Shown here: positions 53,501 to 64,000 of the stretch, in pieces
How the letters are laid out: each line of letters starts with the position of its first letter
Numbering within the stretch: position 1 is the first letter of the stretch
The notes under the pieces: generated by a model
The model's database searches: none
Told to the model about the DNA's origin: nothing
What the model saw: only the letters and a program-made list of their open reading frames with translations
Source: Basidiobolus meristosporus CBS 931.73
Taxonomy: Eukaryota > Fungi > Basidiobolomycota
DNA: 64,000 bases
NCBI GenBank assembly: GCA_002104905.1
Contig: MCFE01000034.1
Location: 1 to 64,000, forward strand
Direction of reading: 5' to 3'
Translations under genes and position numbers: made by a program

Positions 53501-56500
53501 TCAGAGTGAGGCAATTCCTTGTGTCTGCGCTCTGACTCCGAGTGAGTAGGCTTCACAGACGGCTCAATATGGCCCTTACTATGAACAAGCTCAGTGGGCT
53601 TCCCAGCATGGGCTGATTTATCGGACTCGGTAAGAACTGACTTCGAAGTAAACTTATCATGATCAGCAGATTTGGGGTGCTCGCTGGGCTCATCAGAATG
53701 CAATGATTCCTTGTGTCTGTGAGCTGACTCCGAGTGGGAAGGCTTCACAGAGGAGTCAACATAGCTCTCACTGTGGACGTATTCTGTGTGCTTCTCAGAA
53801 TGCGAGGAGCTATCGGACTCACTGTGGGCTGACTTCGGCGTTGTTGTCCCGTTTTCAGCAGATTTGGAATAATCAGCGGACTTCTCCGAGTGAGACGGCT
53901 TCTTGGGTCCGTATTCTGACTCTGAATGAGTAGGCTTTGCTGTTGAGTCAGCATGAACTTTACTGTGGGCGTGTTCTGTTGGCTTCTCCGAATGTGATGA
54001 TTTTTCAGATTCAGTGTGGGCTAGCTCCGAAGTAGTCATCTCGTGTTCAGTAGATTTCGAATGCTCAGTGGACTTCTCGGAGTGGGACGACTCCTTGGGG
54101 CTGTGCTCTGACTCTGAGTGAGTAGTCTTCACAGATGATCCAATATGACTCTCACTGTGTGCCTTTTCCGTTGTCTTAGCATGATCAGCGGATTTTGAGC
54201 GCTGCGTTGGGTACTCAGAATGAGACGACTTAACAGAACTATGAATAGATTTCAAACGATCAGTTGGTTGTTCGGAATGAGGTGACTCCTTGCGGACTGA
54301 CTCCGTCTTGTCGTGATTAGTAGATTTTGAGTGTTCGGTGGACTTCTCAGAGTGAGACGGCTTCCTAGGTCTGTGTTCCGATTCCGAGTGAGTAGACTGC
54401 ACTGATGAGTCTACATGGCTTTCGCTACGGGCGTGCTCTGTGGGTGTTTCACAATGCAATGATTTGTTGGACTCCGTGTGGACTGGCTTTGAAGTTGCTA
54501 CATCGTGCTGACCAGGCTTTGGGTGTTCACTGGGATTCTCAAAGTGGGTCAACTCCTTCGGTCTGTATTCTGATTCTGAATGAGTAGGCTTCGCAGGTGA
54601 GTCTACATGGTTTTCACTATGAACGTGTTCTGTGGGCCTCTTGGAATGCGCTGCTTTATCAGAATCGGTGTGGGCCGATTTTGAAGTAGTTCTTTCGTGA
54701 TCAGTTGATTTGGAGTGCTTATTGAGCTTCTCAGTGCTAGATAGCTCCTTGGGTCGATATTTTGGTTCGGAGTGTGTGGGCTTGACAGTGGAGATGATAT
54801 GGCTTTCACCATGGACGAGTTCTGAGCTTTTCTTAGAATCAGACGACTCTTTGGATCTGTGTTCCGATTCGGAATGAGTAGGCCTCACCGAAGAATCAAA
54901 GTTACTTTCGTCGTAAGTATTTTCGGTAGACTTTTCAGAATTGGAGGATTTCTTGGGCTCAGTGGGAACCGTCTTCGAAGAAGACTCTTCATGATCAGCA
55001 GATTTGGAGTACTCTGTGGGGTTTTCAGTTTGGGATGATTTTTGATATCCGTGTTCTGACTGTGAATAAGTAGGCTTCACATATGAGTCAATATGGCCTT
55101 CGCTATGGGTGCCTTTTGAGTGGTTCTCAGTATGATGAGACTTCTTGGGTCTGCTCTCCGACTCGTAATAGGTAGGTTTCACCGACGAGCCAAGCTGATT
55201 TTGACCATGAGAATGCTTAGTAGGCTTTTCGGAATGTGCTGGTGTATAGGTCACGGAGTGAACAGGATTCGAGATTGACTTGTATTGCTCCATAGGTTTA
55301 GAGTGCACACTGGGCTTCTTAGCATGAGACGAACGCATGGGTTTTTGTTCGGACTCCGAATAAGTAGGCTTTGCAGATGTGTGGACATGGTCTTTACTTT
55401 GAGAGTAATCGGTAGTCTTCTCAGAATACGATGATTTATCGTACTCAGATATTGGCTTGCTATGATCTGCAGAGTTGGAGTGCTCGGTCGGCTTGTTGTT
55501 GGCATCAGATTTTGAATGCACACCGGGCTTCTCAGAATGCGATGGCTCTTTGGATCTACCCTCCAAATTCGAGTGTGTAGGCTTCACAAAGGATTCAACG
55601 TGGTTTTTGCTATGAGTGTGCTCATTAGGCTTCTCAGAGTGGGACATCTGTTTGGGTTTGTGCTCAGAGTCCGAATGTGTAGGCTTCACGGATGATTCTG
55701 CGTGGCTTTCGCTGTGGGCTCGTCCTGAGGGTTTCTCAGAACGCAATGATTTTTCGGACTTATTGTGAACAGGTTTCGAAGTTATTTTGTGATCAGCTGA
55801 TTTCGAGTGCTCAGTAGACTTTTCAGAGTGAGGCGACTCCTTCGACCTATGCTCTGACTCTGAGTGTGAGCTATCATGGTTCTCACTGTGTGCATGCCCT
55901 GTTGTCATTATAGAATGCGATGATTTTTCATGCTTAGTGTGGGTTGGCATCGAAGTAGTCATTTCGTGTTCAGCAGATTTCGAATGCTCAGTGGGCTTCA
56001 CAGATTGAGACGACTCTTTGGGCCTGCGATCTGACTCTGAGTGTATAGGCTTTGCAGATGATCTAAAGTGGCTCTCACTGTGGACATGTTCTGTGGGCTT
56101 CTCAAAGTGCGATGATTTGTCAGAATTGGTGCGAACTGACTTCGAGGTAGACTTGTCACGATCAACAAATTTGGAGTGATCACTGGGCTTATCAGAGTGC
56201 GACGGTTCCTTGCGTCTGCGCTCTGAATCGGAGTGAGTGGGCTTCACAGATGAGTTAACATGGCTCTCATTGTGGGCATGTTCTGTGGGCTTCTCAGAAT
56301 GAGCCGATTTGTTAGAATTGATGCGAACTGACTTCGAGGTAGACCTGCTACGATCAGCAGATTTAGAGTGCTTGCTGGGCTTACTGAAATAAGATGATTC
56401 CGGAGGTCTGTGCTCAGACTCCGAGTGAGTAGGCTTCGCAGACGATTCAATATGGCTCTCACTGTGGACATATTCTGTGTGCTTCTCAAAATGCGATGAT

Positions 56501-59061
56501 TTGTCAGAATTGATGAGAACTGACTTCGAGGTAGATTTGACATGATCAGCAGATTTGGTATGCTCACTGGGCTTACCAGAATGAGATGATTCCCGAGGGC
56601 TGTGCTCTGATTTGGAGTGGGAAGGCTTCACAGTAGGTCTCTCAGAATGCGACAGTTCCTTGGGTCCGCGGTCTGACTCCGAGGGAGTAGGCTGTGCAGA
56701 CGGTTCAACATGGTTTTCACTGTGAGCGCGTTCTGTAGGCAATGATTTTTCTGACTCTTTGTGGATCGGCTTCGTAGCTGTCTTTGTGCGATCAGCTGAT
56801 TTCGAGCGTTCAATGGACTTTTTAGGGTGAGATAACCTCTTAGATATGTGCTCCGATTCTGAGTGAGTGGGCTTCACAGATGATGCGATGTAGTTCTCAC
56901 TGTGAGTGCGTTTCGAAGGTTTCACCGTATCGCTGTGGGGCGGCTTCGGAGTTGTCCTTTCATGAATAGTAGACTCGGGGTGCCCAGCGGGCTTCCCAGT
57001 GTCAGATGACTCCCTGTGTTTGTGTTCCGACTCCGAGTGTGCGGGTGTGACAGAGGAGTTGCTTTGGTCTTTACTATGGATGTGTTCTGTGGGCTTTTTG
57101 GAATGTGATGCTTCATGTGATTCGTACTCTGGCTTCGATGATGTGTTATCATGATCAACAGATTTCGAGTGTTCACTGGGCTTCTTAGAGTGAAACGATT
57201 CCTTTGGTTTGTGTTCTGTTTCTGAGTGAGCAGAATCCACTGAAGAGTTCAGGTGACCTTTACTATTGGGGCTTTCTGTGCGCTTCACGGGAAGTAGCAC
57301 TGTATGGCTTTTGGTGTGGGAAGAAGAGAGTTGAGGCTTGGTTCTGGAAACGGGCTGGATAGTCTTGCTAGCGGGAGCTGATGAAGTCGGTGCTCTTGAA
57401 GCTGACATTACTGACTGTCCTTTTGCTGGAATTCCTGCGCATGCGGGTCCGTATGCACTCATTCTACAGACTTGGCCCCCAGGGCAGCTGTATTTCTTGG
57501 TAACTCCGTTATTACAAGCATTGACAACGCCTGTTCTTCCTTCGTCTTCACACATGGCTATTTTACACTCTGTCTTCTGCGGAATTTTTGGCGTTAACGT
57601 GTTTTCGTGAGTGATAGATGTACTCACTGACGATTCTTCGAACAGAGAAGTGGCTTCGTCAGATTTGCCGTTACTTTTCATATGGATGTAAGAAGCTGTC
57701 GCAGATTTGTCACTACTTATTATAAGCGTCGAAGTAGCGGTGTTAGACTTACCGCCACTTCCAATTGTGGCCAAACGTTGTGTAGTGGTTGAATGAATGG
57801 TTGAAGGCGAAGTTTTGACACCAGCGATTTCCAAAATGCACTCGATTCCCAGCCACTGCGTGCCAGAATAATTCACCCAATTTATGCATATGGATGTGTC
57901 TGAACAGTTAAATGGAACCATTTCGCCATTGACGCATTTCTTGAATTGTCTACCCTGACCTGGGTGGACACATTGATATTCGGCCGGACAGTTGTTCATT
58001 TTCGAGTAAGTGACGACAGCTGTCGATTCAGCAACCGTATGGGTGAGCACCTTGGTTTGAAGTATGACGCTTTGTACGATATTGATGGTTGGTGTGGTTG
58101 ATTGCCCAATATTTGAGAGTGATGTACTTGGCTTCGTGGGAGGTACATATCCACTTGGATAATCGATAGGCTTCTGAGCACACACATTATCTTTACAAAC
58201 CCATCCTTCATTACACACCATGATTTTTCATTCGCCAGCAATGCACCATCCCATTGCATCTACACCTGAACAAGCAAACTGACCTTCATTTTTGCATGTA
58301 CCACTCAATGGTTTGAACTTGTCTTCGTCTCCAGGAATAACACATCCGAGCTTATCCTTACATATTTGGTTTCCGCTACACGTCTTGATTCTCGGGTCCA
58401 AACCACTACTCGGGCAATATTGCATTGTATTTTTGTCAACACAAGACCAAGGCTCATTTCGATCACAGTGGACTGGAGCGTAAGTCACGGGTATTTGACG
58501 GCAATATGGCTGGCCATTGAGCATTTGGCATTCATTCCCACTGGAACAGGCTGCCTTGACAACGTTTCCCTTGTAACAGGTTAGGTACAGATCCTTGCTT
58601 AGGCATTTGCCTTTGTAAGTGGACGGGCTGCACCCCATCGTCACAACTGCCTGCCGGGTTTCCACTGATTGGTGAACGGAAAGGGAGGTAGCAGCAATAA
58701 GGCCAGTTTTCAGAGAAGACGCCCTCAATGGCAATTCGCACTCGTCTTCACCGTTACCCTTTAAAACGCAAACAAACTGCTGATGGACTCCCTCGGTTTG
58801 GAACGGGCACTCGTATACTACCCAAAAGCCGTGCATACATTTTCTGTACTGGTGATTATTGTTGGGCATACAATAGATCCCCTTATCGTTACAATGCTGC
58901 GCCAATGTTGTAACGGCAACGCCGTGAGATAGTGTGGAGGTCAACCCATAAACGGTGTTGATTGAACCTTGCTGAAATGATGCGGTTTTCGGTGCCGGAG
59001 GAGTGGCCAATACCGATGCCAACAACGCAAAGGAAGCTGCCAACACAGCCATTACTTTCAT
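47503..59061 (-). CDS. Paralogue of gene A (gene B), 3853 codons, split by one in-frame TGA at 58228-58230 (nonsense allele, pseudogene or sequence error)
   Basis: The ORFs 58228-59100 and 47503-58221 are in the same frame (GWCIAGE*KIMVC versus ALCINGQWQTTMC in A). The true ATG is at 59061 (MKVMAVLAASFALLASVLA, signal peptide). Same seven Cys modules, His-rich repeats and C-terminus (IICDWM). Confidence 0.85.
47990..50395 (-). repeat. About 25 copies of a 32-aa (96-bp) Thr/Val-rich unit
   Basis: Consensus VESGARTVTVTESNGNVHTVVDRTVTIQPTVS; shadow ORFs recur at 288 bp (3 x 96). Confidence 0.9.
50400..51370 (-). repeat. About 8 copies of a 38-aa (114-bp) unit alternating as an A/B dimer
   Basis: EVTIQHDTSIDITVTEPTVTITEPTVTHRHSVTERPSR alternates with EVTIQREASVDVTITEPTVTVTEPALTYKHSVTKEASK. 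Confidence 0.85.
51700..57300 (-). repeat. Degenerate His/Ser-rich coding array of gene B
   Basis: Same HSEKPTEH / KPTHSES / HSKSADH vocabulary as gene A, more diverged between units. Confidence 0.88.
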
Positions 59062-59100
59062 TTTTACGAGGTCCTTTAATGATTTCAGACTACTGGCCAT

Positions 59101-59108
59101 TATTTATA
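59101..59108 (-). promoter_or_regulatory. TATA box of gene B
   Basis: TATAAATA on the minus strand 40 bp upstream of the ATG at 59061, within a promoter block alignable to 42365-42470. Confidence 0.7.
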
Positions 59109-59931
59109 TTACACGGCCGCAAACTTAAACTTCTCGAAGAGTTGTCATCAGCGCATATCGCTCCCGAATTCTCGATTAATCTTATCACCTTTGCCATAGC
59201 AATGGCCTCTTTGTATATTGGGGTAAATGGTATAACTATCAGAGTGGCTATCGTGGAATACTCGAATCTCAGAGTCCTGCTCGGTCATATATTCTACCGT
59301 GAGTGGTGTTTTGCATCATTTTGTTTAGCATACTTCCACTCTCGTTATGCCATCTTTTCAAGGCAAACAATCGGGTATCTATTACGAATTTGGTTAGTGC
59401 TTTCCATCTTCGTCTTGCAAGAGGATTTTCATATGCTACTTTATAAATCACGTATTTTAAACTACCACAATTGGTCGATGGGCAAGTGGCGCACTGACTC
59501 CCAACCACTCCAATTCGTTTTATTCCAATAGTTCGGGTCGAACCCCAGTTTCGCAGCCTCCAATACCTACACAACCTTCCGGGTAAATTTGGTTGCTGTA
59601 ATGGTTGGCGAAACTCTTTTTCCCTCCAAATTTCTTGATTTTACTTTTGGCCAAATAGGCTAGAGGCTTGATTTTTCCGGAATGCCATGGAAATAGGATG
59701 TAGGTTTCAGCACCGAGAACCCAATCCACGCACCTCAAAAGCATTCACACTGGTTTGTGTGGATTTTGAGACTGGTGCAGTGCTCTGGAATATTCACCCA
59801 TGCTGATATCTTACTTGGCTCTTATGGCATAGCTTACATGAAATAAATTCTTTTACTTGGCAGCCTTCCCCATATGTAGCGTAAAGTCAAATCTTGAGTA
59901 CTGGTCTTCAAGACTAACACAAGGTTCTATA

Positions 59932-60265
59932 TGTTATAAAAGTTTGAATTTCCACCTAAACACTCACCTAGCTTGATTACTTAGAGCATGAGAATACTAA
60001 CCAAATTCCTTGTTGGGATTTAGTCGGAATATTCTTACCTAAATATCAGATACTGACAACATGAAGATTCTCAAGGTTGTCCAAAGAGCTCCAAACTTTA
60101 CACACATGCTCCTAGAACCATCCTAATAATACTCTATGCATTTGTATTGTCAAGATCATGCAAGAGCATGAATACTATTGCTACATTAATTAAATCACTA
60201 AGTCAGAACCACATAATCTACTAGCTTGTCCATTTACTTGCAATATCTCAATGACACTTACAACA
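59932..60265 (+). mobile_element. Diverged copia LTR followed by a PBS-like sequence
   Basis: TGTTA...CAACA with family similarity throughout, followed by GGTTAAGTGCCC. Confidence 0.8.
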
Positions 60266-60349
60266 GGTTAAGTGCCCTGTCACTCTTGGCAACATCCACT
60301 ACTGCTATTACTAGATCTCCCCCTCTGTTGGAAGGGTATATGGAACCAA

Positions 60350-60697
60350 CTGTTGTAAAAATTTGTAATTCCACCTGAATGTTCACCTAACTTAGTCACT
60401 TGGATCATTACCTACAGTTTCTAGAGAGTACTGACCAAATTCCTTGTCAGGATTTACTTGAAACATTCTCACCAAAATATCAGCCACCCAGAACATTTAA
60501 TTCTGAAAGTAGTCCAAACAGCCCCAACTTTGCATACATGCTCTTGGGATCATCTTAAACCTATTCTACATGTTTACTATGCAAAAATCATGAAAACGTA
60601 TAAGTACTACTTTCACAACTAATAGAACAATAAGTGATAATCACATAATTTACTTGTTCTCCCAATCACTTTCAACATCTTCAAGACTCTTACAGCA
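60350..60697 (+). mobile_element. copia LTR (long variant)
   Basis: TGTTG...CAGCA, full-length family match, no TSD. Confidence 0.88.
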
Positions 60698-61640
60698 CTG
60701 TTAGCAAAGTCACAGCAGAAGGACTCAATTTTAGCTTTGACACAGGAGATTTGGACACATCAATTTCAATAATTTGCCCAAAAATATCAGAGATCAGCTA
60801 ATTTCCAGAGTAGAAATTGATCCATTAGCTAATTTGGAGCACTGTGAGGCCTACATATATGGGAGACAAGTCAGACAGCCACTTAGGAGCTCTGGGTTAT
60901 TCATTGTGAGTACTAAATGTATTACCAACTCTTTGCATAAGAGCTCCCCCAGAGTCCTGCCCAAAGTCACACTGTATCCTCCCTATAATTCCCTTGCATG
61001 TCATTCCTCCCATTCCTGTTCATGCTTAGTTGAGACACTTACCATAACAGGAAGGTGCTCACACCCCTATTTTATTACACACTGTTGATTGCCTAAGCCC
61101 CTCCCAGTGAGATATATATATCTAATTAAGTTAAGATTGACAGAAGGGTTTTTCTTTGGACATAATAAGTACAAGTCTTTATTATCTTACTGCCTTCTAT
61201 CAGAGGCTATTCTGAATCAAGTGGTACTGACTTGACCAACAAGCCCTCCCAACTGCCAAGTACAGTCAGTAATAACCCACAATCATGACTAAGAAAAAAT
61301 TGATATAATTCACTCAGATCTGTGTGGACCCAAGGAAAATTTATCTTTAGGCCAGATGAAATAGTGACTCACTTTGATTGATAATTATTCAAGACATACA
61401 TGGGTCTACTTTTTTGGGGAGCTCAAAGACATGGTAGAGAGAACTGGTTAAATATCAAGAGAATAAGCTCTGACAATGGTGGAGAATATGCCTCAAAACT
61501 CTTCACTCACTTCTGCCAAATTTGTGGGATAAAGCAAGAGACCACTGTATCATACTCCCACAGCAAAATGGGGAGACAGAATGTGCAAACAGGTCAAAAA
61601 TTGATATGGCAAGATCTACAATCAAAAATTATTTTATGAT
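60698..61640 (+). pseudogene. Internally deleted copia pol remnant (protease end to integrase)
   Basis: Nucleotide similarity to 15870-15917, 16064-16223 and 16225-16620 (GGAGATTTGG.CACATCAATTTCAA, CACTCAGATCTGTGTGGACC, GACAATGGTGGAGAATAT). Confidence 0.85.
60905..61281. mobile_element. Solo LTR of an unrelated family (377 bp) inserted in the copia integrase remnant
   Basis: TGTG...CACA termini and a near-perfect TSD TTCAT/ATCAT. Removing it restores ...CTCTGGGTTA.TCA.GACTAAGAAAAAATT as at 16212-16240. Confidence 0.8.
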
Positions 61641-62009
61641 TTTTAAGCAAAATTGGTTCCCCATGAAAAATAATTGTGAGGATCCCATCAGAAGGCCATA
61701 AGAAAATTTAAATCCTGTGACTATGAGGCATTAATGCTGTTAGGACACCTTACAAAGACCATCTAGAATAAATTGCACCCCAGATTTACCAAAAACCTAG
61801 TCAAAATATTTCATTGCAATTATGCATTAGTGGCTTTTAGTTGGTGCTCTGCCAATTCTCTCACTTTCTGATCCCTGACTCTCCATTACCTCCTACTGTG
61901 GGTACATTAATTAGCTATTGCACTGCAACCATTTGCAGTGTCTGTAACTGCCACAACACTCCACTGTAGGCACTGCAATAGTTATTTGAGTTCCTGATGT
62001 ATTTGCTTT

Positions 62010-62357
62010 TGTTGTAAGAGTCTTGGAGATATTGGAAGTGATTTGGAGAACAAGTGGATTATGTGGTTTTCACTTAATTATTTAATGAATGTAAAAGTAG
62101 TATTTATACTTTTACCTGGTCTTGGCATTACAAACACGTAGAATAGGCTAAGGAAGGTCTCAAGAACATGTGTGCAAAGTTTGGGGCTGTTTGGACAACT
62201 TTGAGAATTTTCATGTTCTGGATACCTGGTATTTTGGTGAAATATTCTAAGTAAATCCCAACAAGGAATTTGGTCAGTATTCTCTAGGATTTGAAGTTAA
62301 TGATCTAAGTGACTAAGTTATGTGAATATTTAGATGGAAATACAAATTTTTACAACA
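62010..62357 (-). mobile_element. Solo LTR (348 bp), copia family, antisense
   Basis: TGTTG...CAACA with a perfect TSD GCTTT (62005-62009 and 62358-62362). Confidence 0.95.
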
Positions 62358-62994
62358 GCTTTGTCTATCAGTGGGATCTACACTCTGTCTATAACAGGGG
62401 ATGCAGAAGCTATGGCAGATATATTGCTTTTCATCACAAGCTCATTTACCTCACTAGAGTGTAGCTCAACTGGCTCTGCTGCCAACTCTTGAGAAAACAG
62501 CTTTTGTCTTGTTGGTAATTTCTCTTGGCTATGATGGGATTCACCCTCCCTATGCAAAATTATGGTGATGATCCCATCAAAAGGCCTTCACAAATTTAAA
62601 GTTCCATGACTAAGAGGTATTGAGCCCATCAGGACCCTGTGTAGAGACTGTCAAAAAATAATTGCACCCCAGATTTTACAAAAAACTTTGTCAAAATTTT
62701 CATCACAACAATACAAAAGTGGCTTTCAATTGCCTCTGCAAATTTTCTCACTTTCTGATCCTGGACAGTAAATCACCTGCTACATTTATGTGCATTGATT
62801 GGCTATTACCTATTTCTCAAACTCCTTATTTCCTGGCTTAACTGTTCCTCTTACTTTTCATGCATACAAATTGATTTATATGTATTGAGACTTCAGTTGT
62901 GTCTCAGTTGTATCAAGCTATGCAAGTCCCTATACCTTACACTAATATTAAGCCCAACCCCACACTTACAAGTAACTCCATTAAAATTCACCAC

Positions 62995-63810
62995 TCAATA
63001 AGTATTTTTACTGCAACACTCTTGCCATGACTTTGGCAGGAACCCTACAGCTTTATGCCACTGTTCATTCACTGGTTCCCATGTGTCCTGGTAATCAGCT
63101 GGTGCTGCAAGGTCTGGCACCTCATCTGCCAGTCTTTGCAATAAATCCTTGAAATATTCAAGGGAGTCTTCTTGAGCACTGCTCTTGGAGAAGTGCTGCA
63201 AACTCTAGGTGTGCCTATTAATGTTCCCAAATTCCATGGAAGGTAATTTGATAACCTTTTGAGGCCTTGATGTTGCTAGATGGAGGCTGTGGTAGACAAG
63301 TTGCCTTTCTCCGCAAACACACCTACCTCACTGAAGTGCAGCTCAACTAGCTGCACTTCCAGCTGTTGTGAAAATAGCAGTTTTTTTTGTAGGTATTCTT
63401 CTTGGCAATGATGAAATTCAGTTTGTTCCAGGCTAACAGTGTCAATTGGCAAGAGCTGCAGCTGCTTTCTCCCACATCCCTGACTCTGGCTTAGGTATAC
63501 TTTTTTCCATTTATCTTTTCCTTCAGCAATGCCAGGTCTTTCACTGCCACTTTGTGTGAGTGCTTCCTGTATTGAACAACATTTACTCCTTGATAAATGC
63601 TGCTCTGAGGCATCTGTTGTGGCCTGCTTGTCCCTTGCTGGCACTCTGCAGGCAACCTGATGCTTCTGTACTGCTAGTTTTGAGCTCTCAGCCTATGCTA
63701 TGATGGGCTCCTGAGGTAGCTGCTGGCTCTTATAACTGCCAGGTACTTCACTGCTACTTTAACTGAGTGCTTCTTGAGTGGAACTATGTTTCTTCCTTGA
63801 TAACCCTATG
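62995..63810 (-). pseudogene. Decayed coding-like relic, probably transposon-derived, family not identified
   Basis: Broken ORFs 62995-63201 and 63276-63644 in CpG-depleted DNA, with a short internal duplication (63530-63600 versus 63738-63805). Confidence 0.3.
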
Positions 63811-64000
63811 AAAAGTAATGTGGTCCCAAGGGGGATACAATCCAGATCAGCTGTCAAGATCCTGTGAGAATACAGCTATAATACCAGCAGCTTGGAATTA
63901 ATAAGTCTAATGACCATCTACACTATCTTATTGTGGGATCACATCAGCATTTGGTTAATTTTACAGCCAAATAAAATTAAAAAACATAAAGGTGTTTGTA

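Noticed and set aside
58228-58230. TGA as selenocysteine
   Set aside because: The aligned residue in the paralogue is Trp, not Cys, and no SECIS could be identified by eye.
1-64000. tRNA, rRNA or other structured ncRNA genes; bacterial or horizontally acquired segments
   Set aside because: No cloverleaf, A/B-box or rRNA signature was seen by eye, and genes show fungal introns or fungal family motifs. tRNAscan-SE and Infernal were not run.

Overview
Eukaryotic, fungal DNA: short GT-AG introns of about 54-100 nt, a chitin synthase and a Ty1/copia family. An early-diverging (non-Dikarya) fungus is inferred, not proven. The left third holds ordinary genes: a partial spliced gene at the edge, an intronless division-1 chitin synthase, a spliced Crz1-like 3xC2H2 transcription factor and a spliced adenylosuccinate synthetase (ADE12). 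These are interleaved with decayed gene relics, including a clear frameshifted OB-fold/CCCH/methyltransferase-like pseudogene, and a defective copia element whose gag carries an antisense solo LTR of its own family. The dominant feature is a tandem pair of giant, intronless, secreted paralogues on the minus strand. Gene A (20244-42329) encodes 7361 aa. Gene B (47503-59061) spans 3853 codons and is interrupted by one in-frame TGA where A has Trp. Both have a signal peptide, six N-terminal and one C-terminal 6-Cys CBM19-like (putative chitin-binding) modules, and between them thousands of residues of His/Ser/Lys/Glu/Thr/Pro repeats with a fixed four-His register. B also has about 25 copies of a Thr/Val beta-hairpin-like unit that A has only once. 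LTR clusters flank both genes. No tRNA, rRNA or CRISPR array was seen. All counts and alignments were made by eye and need computational confirmation.
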